Positions 14,401 to 27,816 of a stretch of DNA of 64,000 nucleotides are shown here, in pieces. Under the pieces are notes generated by a model. It was not told where the DNA came from. It searched no databases and saw only the letters and a program-made list of their open reading frames with translations. The DNA is taken from NCBI GenBank assembly GCA_018398765.1, contig JAHBMJ010000510.1:1-64000 (forward strand). The letters are read 5' to 3'. The position numbers and the translations under genes were made by a program. How positions within the stretch are numbered: position 1 is the stretch's first letter; the number at the start of each line of letters is the position of its first letter. The stretch comes from Chromera velia. Taxonomy: Eukaryota.

Positions 14401-17400
14401 GAAGGTCAAAAAAATGGATTCACCAATGGTGGTTGGCAGGAAGACAACCAAAAACAACGAGGATGGCAGAGGACACGCATTACGAGGCCAGGCGCTGGAA
14501 GAGAAACAGCACAGCCCGGCGGAGAGAGAAAATACGTTCCGAAACGAGACCACTGAGACAATTCGCCTCTCATTCATTCACGCAAAAACCAGATCCAAGG
14601 AAGACCTGAAGCCTCCTGACCCTCTCAGTTCTTCCGAAAAGACCGTTTTGCAGACGACGCAGGCCGGGGGGTCAGAGCCATTCCGAGCATCTTCTTCTCC
14701 TCCCGCATGTTGGAGTGCTTGGAGGACCGTGTGCCGTAGGATGCCCCTCTGTGCTTCTCTTCCCCCCTCCTGCTTCTTCATTTCCCCGTTGGTGGCAAGG
14801 GAGACATCAGACCCGCATTCCCTCAACTCGACCTCGGAGGGCAAAGAAGTAGAGAAGCACTCCAGCCGACAGAGATGCTCATTGGCCCTCACCCGCAGCT
14901 CACCTCCCTTCTCCTTGCTTTCCTCTACGGACTTCACAGCGGACGCAAGGGCAGCCCTGCCTGATGGAGACCTCACCAGATAGCAGAAGGCCCAGGGGCC
15001 CACCCGCACACATTCGAACGAGTTGACTACCCGTCTCAAGTATCTTCCCAGCTGATCTGAGAATGTCTCTCGGCTCTTGGGAGGACCCCAAATCTTCATC
15101 GTGCTCCACAACTGAACATCGCCTGCACAAATTCCTCGAGAATGAAACAAAATAAGCAGTCCGCGGAGAATTCGCACAACTACGGAAGAAAGAACATTTG
15201 AAATCGATCACACGGAGACACGGGTCATGCATTGACAAGGGGCGCGCATCCAGTCACAAAAGTGGACGGTGGACAACTTTGAGAAACGAAAAGATGATAA
15301 ACGACAAGTGCCATCAGTCTCTTCCACCCGTTCACCCACCCACCAACCTGTGCGAGAAAAGAACTCCACACCCACACCAGAGGACACGCAAAGTTCCTGC
15401 AGGGCCCCGGCATGCCCCTCCTCTCCTCCTTGCCTTTCCTCTCTGGCAAGGAAGAAGAGCACAGCATGAACTTTCGAAGCCAAAGGAGTGATGATGAGCT
15501 CCTCTGGTCCCAAATGTTCCTCCAATCTGCGCGCGACCGCAGAGATCTTTGCGGCCCCGCAGGCCCCCGCGTCCTCTCCATCGGCCACGGGAATGTTCCA
15601 AAAAACCTTTGCGGGATGCGGGGAACCAGAGACTGCTCTCTCCGGTACTTCCACTGTAAGTTCACACACCGCCCCCCCCGCCCGCCTAGGTTGCCACTCC
15701 AGAAGAGAAGCAGTCAGGTTCACCTCCCTGAACAATGCAGCTCTTTTCTGAAGCCAGGCGATAAACTGCTCCTCCACCCCGCGCTTCATGGAAGGGGATG
15801 CAGCGTTCGCAGGAGGGTTGAAGGTTCGTCTCAAGTGGGGGTCTTCACAGAATAGATCTGTGAAGGGAATGCGCAAAGACACAGAGATAAAGCCTTCAGA
15901 CACTTCTGGCTGAAGTTCCATGCCGCACACACTCACCCCCGCTGCCCTCCCAGAGACACTCTTGGGATCTTCCACCGGGGGAACTTCAACATCGTCGATG
16001 ATTTTGACGGGGTCGGGAATCTGCACACCTGACCCGACCTTGTAGTCAATGTGCAAGGGACCCCAGCGGAACCCCCATTTTGCCGGGGTCACGTCATCTG
16101 GGTTGGGGGCAGCACGAGCTTTTGCGGCCTTTTTCTCTGCATACTCTTTCGTCTTCCCTTCTCCCTTCCTACGCGTTTTCTCTTTTTTCGGATGTACTGT
16201 TGTCGCGGCACGAGGGCTCTCTTTCCCTCCGTCTTCTTTTTCGGCGGCAAGCCGCAGACTGAGCGCTGTGCCGAAATGGCCCGACCGACAGGACGGCCCA
16301 GCCCCCCCATCTGTTGTCTGGTCAGTGTCACAGAAGGGGGGAACTCCGGGGAGGGCACGCACTGTACGGGGAGGGATGTCTGCGGGGCCAAAGAGGGGAA
16401 AGGGAACCGAAGAGCCGTACGGAAGTGTGCGGTCTCGGTCTGTGTTCCGAAATGATGGAGAGTCGTCCATATCTGTGGCCGCTGCTGCAGGGGGGGAGGA
16501 AGTTTCGGAAAGAGAGGGTCGCCTTCTGGGGGGAGAGGGTGGGAGGGAGGCGAGACGTAGGAGCTCTCGGAGACGGAATTCGCAGGCGCTTCTCTGCTTC
16601 ATCCTTCCTAGAATCCTTACCTCCCACTCGGCAACGCACTCTATCCCTTCTGTGCCTCCCACAATGCCACTCTCAAGGGAGTAGAGACACCTGCAGACGG
16701 GGACATCTTGGAGGTCGACATGGTCTGTCATCCGCACAAGGTGGATGGCAACCTCATACGTTTCCTTCATTTTCTTGACAGAGGTGACCAGAGGGTTCTG
16801 TCCCCTGCCGGCAAGGAAAGCCCCAAATTCAGGGAAGAGGTGTCGCATGACTTTTGTGGAGAGACAGAAGGAGTTCATGTCCTCTTCCGAATCTGCCGCC
16901 CCCTCTTCCTTCAGGGCAGCTGTGGAACGAATCGACTTCTCTGCGGACAAACGAGCCTCCCCGTTTCCCCACAGCACAACCTCACGTCCATTCTCACTCA
17001 CCCCCCCAAGTCCAATGTGCACAGTCCCCTCAGGAAAGGTCAGTAAGTGACCCCCCCTCTCTCCCCAAAGAGCACGGCATGTTGCAGTGGGGATACGCAG
17101 ACTTGTCACCCCCCGCTGTGCCCATCGCACACACAGAGGGGAGGCACACCCACTGGGAGGGTCACCAAGGACCTCATCAAGCAAAAACTTTTTGGCAGCG
17201 GCTGCGGCATGGGGTGCACCAGAAAGCTTGACGCCCCCGGCCCAAAACCGCAAATCACCCTGTCGTGTCTCCCACAAAAACTCAGCCGTTGCACCCGCAA
17301 TCTGCTCAACAGGTCTCTCCCAGCCGTCTCCTCCCATTTTCTCCCGTCGGCAGACAGAAAAGGGGGGCAGGAGTGCGAAGGATGTGACTGGAGGCTGCTG

Positions 17401-20400
17401 CTCGAGGGATTCACACCCCTCAAGGGGAGAGGTATCTATCATTCTCTCTACCTGACCGCACGCATTCTCGACAGGGATGTTACGAGATTCAGACAAGAAA
17501 GACCCGCTTTGCAAAGCAGGCTCCTTAGGATTCTCCTTATTCTCCCCCGCTCCCTCCGTCTCGAACCATCCCCCAAAGTCCCCCCTATCCCATTCCTCCT
17601 GAAGCTTTTGCAACCCGAACACTGTTCGCTTCTGATGGGAAGGAAGCCGTCCCCCGAAGACGTGTAAATGGAGAGGAGGAGCGGCAGAAGAGGAAACACT
17701 GCGTCGCTCTGCCTCTTCAGAGACTTGCGGACCCCCAAAAGGGGGGAAGAGCCTCAAGGCAACTGAGGGGGAACAGACGAGACACTCCGCAGACGGCGTC
17801 TCCCTCTCAGAGACGACAACCATGCACTCAGTCTCTGTCTCCAACTCCCTCAGCTTCTCTTTCCCTTCAGAACTTCGGAGAAATTCCCCGAACCCCCGAG
17901 GGACCTCCAGATGGGAGATGAGCTCTCCTTCTTGAACTGTGTAGTCTCTGTAGAGATGCTCAACAAACGTTCGGACAGCCTCGGGAGGCCCCATCACCCA
18001 CCCAAGAGTGTGGAGGACACTGTGACCTGCGGAAGGCAGCGACACTGCCGCGCCCGAGACTTCTTCCAGCCTTTCCATACCAAACACAGGGCCCTTCAGA
18101 GAGAAAATGCGTATGCGCGCACGACAGCTGAATCGGACACTTACACTGCTGGACACAAAGGCAGTGAGCCTGGAGACAAAAGTGCTGACCGACTCAGAGT
18201 CTCCAAACATGCGCAAAGGGGAGCTCTCAACAGCACTCCACCACTCAGGTAACGGCAAACTCGGTGAGTCTTCCATCGTCTTACTGTGGGTTGATAAAAC
18301 CACACCTGGAAGGCCGTTTCTTAAAGAGAAAATGGCTTCCCCGTGACGATGCAAACTGGTTCGCATACAGTCTGGAACCTTCAGGTGACGCGGTCTCTCC
18401 ATCACCCCCCAGAACCATTTGACCACCCGATCAATGGCAACAGAGCCCCCGTCTCCCACTCCCATCAGAACAACGACAGCGGGAGTCGGCGTTTTTTTTG
18501 CGTCGTGCCGCAGCCCCTCCCACATTCTCTTTGGCTCTCCTACTGACACATATTCCATCAAGGCGACGACAGACTTACCATCCCCCCTTCTTACTCCGTT
18601 CATTTCCGGGGTGGCAATCATAGTGGTAATATCCAGAAAGCAAAAACATTGATTCGCTTCTGGTTTGACCCTGAAGGAATAAAGTAATGCGAAGGCGAAG
18701 TCGTGATTCAGCTCCAACTTCCGCCTCTCCTTCCACACCCCCTTCAACATCTCATTCGCCTTCTCACAATCCTCCCCCGACCCCCTCAGTATCACCTCCA
18801 CCATCCCGCCCCTTTCCCCTCCCGTCGCGTTTTTCTCGTTCTTCTCCGTTTCTGCCGCCTTTCGGACCTCCTCTACCCTCTCAAACGGGGGTAAAGAGAT
18901 GCGCAGACGGCCCCGAAAGGCAAATTCAACAGCACGCAAAAGCGACTGCGAGCCTGCCTGCAGAGCAAAGACCAGCCCGAGAGGACACGGAAGCTCGCGT
19001 GTCTCAAGGTTCTGGCCCGCTGCCTCTCCTGACCCTCTCTCAGCCTCCGCTTTCCCTCCCACCCCTTCCACCACAGAGAGGGAGGAAGTAGGAGAGCCAT
19101 CCTTTGGGTGGCTTCCTGAGTGCGAAGACGAGAAGGAGGGCATTTCTGTGGGGGGGGTCAGAGTGCTGCAGGGAGCTCCCATCTCAGCGCCCACCCTTCC
19201 TGCCTGCGCCTCTTGCCCCTCACCATCCCCCTCCCTCGGGTCCTCTTCCAACTGGCCCACCTCCTCTCCACACACTCCAGAGGAATCCACTGCCTCTTGG
19301 AAAACGCTGGCTTGAGGAGACGGGAGAAGGGACGGCTCAGAGTTCTTGCCATCGCCAAACTGCCCATCCTCACTCTCTCTGACAGCCTTGTGATGCCAAT
19401 TTCTGTGTGAATGTGCGGCAGGGGCCTCTAGGTTGCAGGCTTCTGAAACGGCGCCAAAATGTTCTTCTCTGTGAGTGTGCACAGAGTGGAAGAGAGAGTT
19501 TTGAGATTTGACGGAAGGAACGGGACTTCTCAGCAAAGAACACTCTGCGCCCCTCTCAGGCTCGTTTCTCAGCCCAACACTCTGACCATTGCCTACCCCA
19601 CCCTCCCAGTCTCTGAGAAGTTTTTTCAGACCGGACAGCGCCTGCTTCTGTTGGCCTGCTACATACCCTCCGCAAACATGCAGATGGACAGAGACAGCGG
19701 AAGGAGACATGACGCTGCCCTCCCGCTCTCCAGAGTCGCCCGGAGGCTCTGAAGGGGGAAACAGCCTCGAGGCAACTGAGGGAGAACAGACAAGAGACTC
19801 GGCAGACAGCGTCTCCTGATCAGAGACGACAACCATGCAATGACTATCCTCCTCCACCTTTTGCAGTCTCTGCCTTCCTTCTGAGCCACCTAAGAACTCC
19901 CCGAAGCCCCGAGGGACTTCCAGGTGCGACACACCGAAACGGTGCTCCAAGTAGAGCCTTTTGTGAATGCTCTCCACGCACCTCCTGACCGCCTCTGGAC
20001 TCCCCATCACCCACCCAGCACTGTGAAGTGATCCCCTGGACTGGGGTGGGGACTCCACTGCCATACTCGCACCGGAAGCCTCCTCCAGCTTGCCAAGACT
20101 GCGAGCATGATCGGTGAGGAGACGGCAACGCGCAACAACCGTTAGACGCACGGCCACGGCATTGGACACAAGAGCAGACAATCGGAATTCGACCGTTTGC
20201 ACGTGCTCGGGGTCTCCAAAAATGCGCACCTCGCGAGATTCGGACACCGTCTCTGCCCACCGATCTGGGAGAGAAATTCGGGTGGCGCCTGTGCGGCTGT
20301 GCCCGTCAGGGCAGTTGGGGGATATGCAGACACCCTGAATATCATCCAGCCAGGATGAGAACACACCGCAGTGGCGACTGAGAGCACCGAACAACGAAAT

Positions 20401-23400
20401 GGGAACTGTCAAACAACGTGGCGTTTTCATCACGAAGCACATCCACTCAAGCCATCGCTTGACTGCTCCTGAGGCACCATCACCCACGCCCAACATGGAG
20501 ACACTCGCGGGAATGATGCATCCGTTTGAAGCTTTACACAAAGACTCTCTCTTCCTTGTCGGTTCTTCGACAGCGACATACTCCATCAGAGCGACTGCCG
20601 ACACACTCTGTGTCGCTTGAATGTGTTCCCTTTCTTCGGGAGTCATCAGGAGAGACGAAATATCCAGAAAACGAAGGAACGGTCCCGCCCCTTTCTCTGA
20701 TCTGTTATTCAAACGATGCAGAAGAGCAAACGCAAAATCATGTTTGAGCTCTGCTGTTTGTCTCCCTTTCCAAATCCCCTCCAACATCTCTCTCGCCTGC
20801 CTACAATCCTCTGACGACCCCCTCAGTATTACCTCCACCATCGCCCCAACCTCCCCTGTCTTCCTCTTCCCCTTCCTCTGAGCCCTCTCCGTCCCCTCAT
20901 CCTTTCCAGCCTTGTCAACCCTCTCACTAGGGGGGAGAGAGATGCGCAGACGGCCCCGGAAGGCAAATTCGACAGCACGCAGAAGCGACTGCGAGTCTGC
21001 CTGCAGAGCAAAGACCAGCTCGAGAGGACACGGAAGCTCCTGCCTTCCCATCTCCTCGGCTTCTCCCTCTTCTTCCCATCTCGCAGGATCCCCACCAGGG
21101 ACCCGCGCTTGAGCTGCGGAGGCTCGTTTCTCAGGGCTGTGTACCTCTGCCATGCCCCCACGACCACTCTCGTCCACGCCTTCGCCCTCGACGACGCTGA
21201 CGTGAGGAGACGGTAAAAGAGGGACATCAAAAGTCTCATCAACCACCTTCTCCTCTCCCTGTGCCCGTCCCGTCGCCCCAACTCTCCCACTCATCGTCCG
21301 ACTGTTTTGCCATTCCTTCAGAAGGCTTTGCAAACCGAACACAACCCGCTCTTGACGGGAAGGGTCCCACCCCCCAAAAACCTGCAGATAGAGTGAGGGA
21401 GCGGCAGAGGAGGAGGAGGAGGAGGAGGAGGAGGAGGAGGCCCCATTTCCTTCTGCATCTTCGGACGATCTCCAAGGCTCTGAACGGGGGAAAAGTCTCG
21501 AGACAACTGAGGGGGAACAGACGAGACACTCAGCAGATGGCGTCTCTTTGTCAGAAACCACGACCATGCATTGCGTCTCTCCCTCCAATTTTCTCAGTTT
21601 CTCTTTCCCCTCAGGACTTCGGAGAAACTCACAGAAACCTTCTGGGACTTTCAAGTGAGAGACGGCATCTTTCTCTGCCACTGTGAACTCCCTGTAGAAA
21701 TTCTCCACCAAAGCCCGAACCGCGTCGGGAGACCCCATAGCCAACCCTATGCTGTGCAGACACCTCTTTCTTGCTGACGGTATCACCAGCGCCGCTCCCG
21801 AAAGCTTCTCGACTCTGTCAATACCAAGAGAGAAGGTCTGTGACAGCGAGCGGACTCGGGCCTGAGGGGTAAGTCGGATGGCCACAGCATGACGCGCAAC
21901 GTCCATTAGCCTGGAAACTACCACGCCCACAGACTCTGCATTGTCTCCAAAAATGGAGATATGTTTGCTGGACGAGTCTCGGGTGACGTCGATCCATTGG
22001 TCTGGCAACAAAATTCGTGACTTTGTCCCCCCAGAGGAGATGTCCGCACCGTACGGCGAGAGCACGGCACCTGAAATGCCGTCCCACAAAAGGCGTATGC
22101 AAGCAGGTTGACGGTACACAGCTCTCTGCAAATCCTCTGGGACTTCTAGCAGCTCAATCTGCTTCATCATTCTGAGCAGCCTCTGGACGGATCGGTTGAT
22201 TGTGTTCGGGGCGCCGTCTCCCACTCCCACAAAAATCACATGGGCAGGCTTGAGCCTTTTCCCTCCACCAACCCCCAGCCTTTCCCATGCCCTCATCACT
22301 TCTCCCCCGGGGGAAAACTCCATTATAGCAACGACGGATTCCCCCCCCCTCCCTTTCAGAGCCTCGTCTTCTTTCTGGCACACGATCAAAGACGACACAT
22401 CGACAAATCGGACCGAGAGCTTTCTCCCCCCCGGCTTCACTTGCCGGCAATACAGAAGAGAATTGGCGAAATCATTTGTGAGAACCTCGCCCGTTCTACC
22501 TCTCCACACCCCCTCCAACATCTCCTTCGCCTTTGCACAATCCCCCCCCGCCCCCCTCAATGTGACTTCCACCATCTTTGCAACCTCCCCCGCTATCCCT
22601 TTCTTCTCGCTCCCCCCTGCCCCCGTCTCCTTAATAATCTCCTCCACCCTCTCACTAGGGGGGAGAGAGATGCGCAGACGGCCCCGGAAGGCAAATTCGA
22701 CAGCACGCAAAAGCGACTGCGAGTCTGCCTGCAGAGCAAGGACCAGTCCGAGAGGACACGGAAGCTCCCGCGTCTCCACCTCCTCTCCTTTTCCCACTTC
22801 CGCTACTCTCTGACCCTTCGCCTCACCCTCTTCGTCCTTTTGGAACTCCCCCACCTGCTCCCTTGAATTCTCGAGGACTTTGCCTTCGGGAGACGGGAAA
22901 AGCGACTCGCGCTCTATGTTTGAGTCCGTCTCCTCTCTGAGAAGATCGACAGACGGCCTTGTGTCTGGTTGCGGGGGAGAGGCCTCTGCGTCAAAGTAAT
23001 CTGAAGCAGAGCTCGTGTGTCCTCTCTCGCTGGGCACACTCTGGAAGAGAGAGTGGTGAGATTCAGGGGAAAGAAGGACGTTATCTGGCAACGAGTACTC
23101 TCTCTCGCCCTCACCTATGTTTCCCTCCCCCTGTCCTACTTCGCCCAACTGCGCCCCCCCATCAAGTGTCGCCCCCCCCTCCCATTCGCTGAGAAGCCTC
23201 TTCAAGCAGAACACTGCCTGCCTGGATTGGGAAGGGAAAAACCCACTGAAGACATGCAGATGGAGAGAGGGAGGAACAGCGGGAGCAGAACAAGAAGAAG
23301 ACGAAGAAGCAGAAGAAGAAGACGAGCATCCTCCTCGTAGCTCTGAAGGAGGAAAGAGTGTTGAGGCAACTGAGGGACAAATCAAAAGAGACTCTGGAGA

Positions 23401-26400
23401 CGGCGTCTCCTCCTCAGAAACCACAACCATGCACTCAGTCTCTCCCTCCAATTTTCTCAGTTTCTCTTTCCCCTCAGGTCCCCGAAGGAATTCACCGAAG
23501 CCTACTGGGACTTCTAGGTGAGAAACGATGTCCCTTTCTCTTACTGTGAACTCTCTGTAGAGAGAATAGACAAAAGAACACATCGACACGGAGCTTCCCA
23601 TCACCCACCCCGCACTGTGCAGATTCTTCTCTTTCGGCAAAACGAGCATCACAGCCGCGCCCGAGGTCTCTTCCAGTTTCTGCAAACCACGCAAATCCTG
23701 TAACAACACGCGGGTCCGCGCAGTGCGAGAGAAGCGGACAGCCACACCGTTCGATACGAGGACCGTCAATCTAGACACGAAGGTCTTGACTGATTCGGCA
23801 TCCCCGAAAATGTTCACGGTGGAATATCCAAGAGCCCCCTTTTCTGTCCAGCTCTCCGGCAAAGGTAGCTTTCGTGCCCCAGAAATGCATTGCTTCTGGG
23901 TCTCCATCACTACATGCGGGAGGCCCTCTCTTAGAGAGGAGACGGCTTGGTTCTGACGGTGCAGCGTGTGTCGCAGACCATCAGGAATCTCAAGGGCATA
24001 CGGCCTTTCCATAACACTGCCAAGCCATCCACCCAACGTCTCAATTGCATCAGAGTCCCCCTCTCCAACTCCGAAGAAAACAATGACAGCGGGGATCGGC
24101 TTCCGATCTGCGCGGTGAGCTAGTCCTTCCCACTTTCTGTCTACCAATCGAGCAGACACATATTCCATCACGGCAATGGCAGACTGCCCTTCTTCCGTTC
24201 TTGCCCGACCCATTTCACCCAACTGGTCGAATAGAGAAGAAACGTCCAGAAAGCGAAAGGACTGCCCGACCTGCGGTTTGATTTTCAACGAAAACAATAG
24301 AGCGTATGCAAAGTTATGATTAAGTATCACCCTTTTTCTCCCTTTCCACACACCCTCTAACATCTCCTTTGCCTTCTCACAATCCTCCCCTGACCCCTTA
24401 AAAGTCACCTCCACCATTTCCGTCATTTCAGCCGCCCCCACCTTCTCTTTTTCAATCTGCTTACGGACCTCCTCCACCTTCTCAAACGGGGGCAGGGAAA
24501 TACGCAGACGGCCCCGGAAGGCAAATTCAACAGCACGCAAAAGCGACTGCGAGTCTGCCTGCAGAGCAAAGACCAGCTCGAGAGGACACGGAAGCTCTCG
24601 CGTCTCCACCCCCTCTCCCTCTGTCTCTTCCAAGTCACCTCCCCCAAACCCATCCCTCCGCTCTACCTCAAACGCCTGCTGAGACGATGGACCCCCCTCC
24701 GATGGGACCACAGAGTCCATGCCAACGTCTTCTTCCTCTCCTCCTTCTCTGCAACCCCACCCCCCCTCTCCCCCCTCCTTCAAGCTCCCCACCCCCTTGC
24801 TGACACAGAAGCCAGCAGACCCCTCATTAAACCTTTCGAGGACTTCAACTTTGCCTTCATGAGGCGGGAGGAGAGAAAACGAACAAGAACTGTCACAGTC
24901 AACTTCCCCGTTTGCATCCTCTCTGACAAAGTCGCCAGACGAGCTTGTGCCTGGATGTGGGAGGGACGTCTGCGAGTTGAAATGGTCTGAAAAGGAGTCA
25001 GACTGTGCTCTTCTGCCACTACGAGCATTCTGGAATAAAGAACGGTGAGAGGCGGAAGAAAGCAGGGCGCTACCTACCATGGAGTGTTCTCTTTTGCTCT
25101 CTTCTCCCCTCTTGTCTGGCCCCTCTGCGTTCCCCCCCCTGCCATCATCCATCACCCCTTTCTCCCACTCTCCCAGAAGCCTTCTTAAACTGCCTACACA
25201 CAGCATCGTCTGGGAAGGACGCCACCCCCCCAGAACGTGCAAATGGAGCGGGGGAGCGGTAGAGGAGGAAACGCTGCCCCCCTCTGCGTCTTCAGAAACT
25301 TGCGGATTCTCAAAAGGGGGGAAGAGTGTCGATGCAACTGAGGGGGAGCAAACGAGAGACTGTGGAGACAGCGTCGGCTTGTCAGAGATAACAACCATGC
25401 ACGCGCTCTCTCTCTCTAGCTCCTTCAGCTTCTCTCTCCCTTCAGAACTTCTCAGAAACTCACCGAAGCCCTGACAGACTTCCAAATGAGGGACGGCCAT
25501 TCCCTCTGGGACTGCATAATTTCTGTACAGAAGCTCAAGAAACGTCCGTACAGCCTTGGGAGGCCCCATTACCCACCCCATGCCCGGCACGTTCTTTTCC
25601 GTCCGTGTGAACGCCACAGCCGCACCCGACGCGTTCTGAAGCGTCTCAGCACCGAGCGAGCCCTCTTTTGGCGATAACAGGCGCATTTTCGTTTGGGAAG
25701 GGATTCGGAAGGCAACACTGCTGGAGACGAGGGCAGTCAGTCTAGACACAAAGATCTTGACCGATTCGGTTTCTCCGAATATGGAAACGCGAGAGTATGT
25801 GTGAGTCTCAGTCTGCGTCCAGCTGTCAGGTAAAGGTAACGTCGGACCTCCCGGAGGTTCTCTGCGGTTTACCTCTAGCACAACCCCTGAAAGGTTTTCC
25901 CTCAACAAGGAAACGGTTTCACCTTGGACGTGCAGCGTGAGTCCCAACCCCTCAGGAATCTGTACGAGATACGGTCTTTCCATCACACTGAAGAGCCATT
26001 TGACTGTTCGGTCGATTTCACCAGAGGCGCCCTCTCCCACTCCGAATACGAAAGCAGCAGGCGGCAACGGCCTGCGCTTCCCCTCGTGCCACAATCCTTC
26101 CCACTGTCTTTTGCCTCCCTCTCCACTGGAGAAATACTCCATCACACCGACCACAGCTCGCGCTTCTTCCCTTCTTTCCCCGTCTCTCTCTTCCAACTGC
26201 TTAAATAGGGAAGAAATATCCAAAAAGCGCAAAGACTTTCTTGTCTCTGCTCTGACTTTCAAGGAAAAAAGGACTGCATATGAAAACTCGATTCCAAGCG
26301 CCATCCTGCGTCTCCCCTTCCAGACCCCCTCCAATATCTCCCTGGCTTTCCTATAATCCTCCTCCAACCCCCTAAACGCCACCTCTACCATTCCCCCCAC

Positions 26401-27762
26401 CTCCTTTACTGAACCGTCCTTCTCGTTCATCTCTCTCTCTTTCTCTGCCTCCTTTCGGACCTCCTCCACCCTCTCACTAGAGGGGAAAGAAATGCGCAGA
26501 CGGCCCCGGAAGGCAACTTCAACAGCACGCAAAAGCGACTGCGAGTCTGCCCGCAGAGCAAAGACCAACCCGAGAGGACAGGGGAGTTCCCATGTCCTCA
26601 TACTACTCCCTACTGACTCTCTTTCCCCATCTGCCACAAACCCCTCCTCTTGTACGCCCCCTCCCTCCGCCTCTGCCCCCTTTCTTTCCGCCTGCCCTCC
26701 ATTTCCTGTGGAGCCCCCCATCTCAGGGCTCTCTCTCTGTTCAACTGTCTGAGTCTCTAGACCCCCTCTCCACAATACCCAGACCTTCCCTGTGATGCCT
26801 CTGTCTCGACACACAACCTCTAAACGCTCCACGACCCTCTGTGAGGCCGTGGGGGGTGCCAAGACCGCCATATGTCGGGCAGTCAGGGCATCGACAGGCA
26901 GCAAGACAACGCACACAACTCCCTCAATGCGAAGAAGAGAGGTGCGAATCCTGTTGCTGTCTTCAAGCAAAAGTTCGTGAAGAGAATGAGGAAGGTTCAG
27001 GAGGACAGAACCCTCAGCACCTTTCTTCAACTCCTCCCCAGCTCTTTTTACGTTATTTCTATTCGTTCCAAAAACCCAAAAGCCGAAACGTGAACCCGCC
27101 CCCTTTCTTTTTTCCCAAACAACTCGGGTGTCGTGCTTGTCTTCAAGAGCACCGAAAATGGCGCTCAAATTCTCCGCAGGCACGTCGTTGAAAAAAGAGA
27201 CGATCTGCCAAGGAAGAGTACCGATGAACGAAAAATCCCACAATCTTCTAAGTAAACCCTCACACCTCTCCACCTCCTCCCTGCTCCCGACCAAATTCAA
27301 GGGGTGTTCCTTCCCCAAGTCTCTATAGTCAAACTTCGAACGGTTTTCTACTACTCGCGTGGGGCCTTCAATCTGCTTCAGCAGGAAGGCACCTCTTGCA
27401 AAAATCGCCAGAGGCAATGGGCACTCCAATGTCTTTGATACTCTTCCCCTCCCAGACCCCCCCCCTTGTCTTCTCTCCTCACGCGCATCGGTGGGGGGCA
27501 GGGCGGTTCTGCTTCCTCCCGAGAGAGGACGGGAAAGGGCGGGGCAGGGAGACGGCGTCGTTCCACAGGGAGAAGGTGCAGACTGGACCTCGTGTCGGCC
27601 ACTGCCTGCCATGCACGAACCTGCACGCACTCACAGAGGGAAACGCTTATCGTCAATACCACATCGGAAGACAAAAGCATTCGAAGGCAGAAAAAGGGTG
27701 AGGAGCTGAAGCTTTCCCTAAATCTGGTTGAGAGAGGAAGTGAGACCGCGAATGTGCTCTCC

Positions 27763-27816
<54 letters not shown>

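Noticed and set aside
15208..27630. The 4140-aa ORF as a complete intronless gene or viral polyprotein
   Set aside because: It has phase-matched splice sites near both ends linking it to flanking exons, and it shows no polymerase, protease or capsid motifs.
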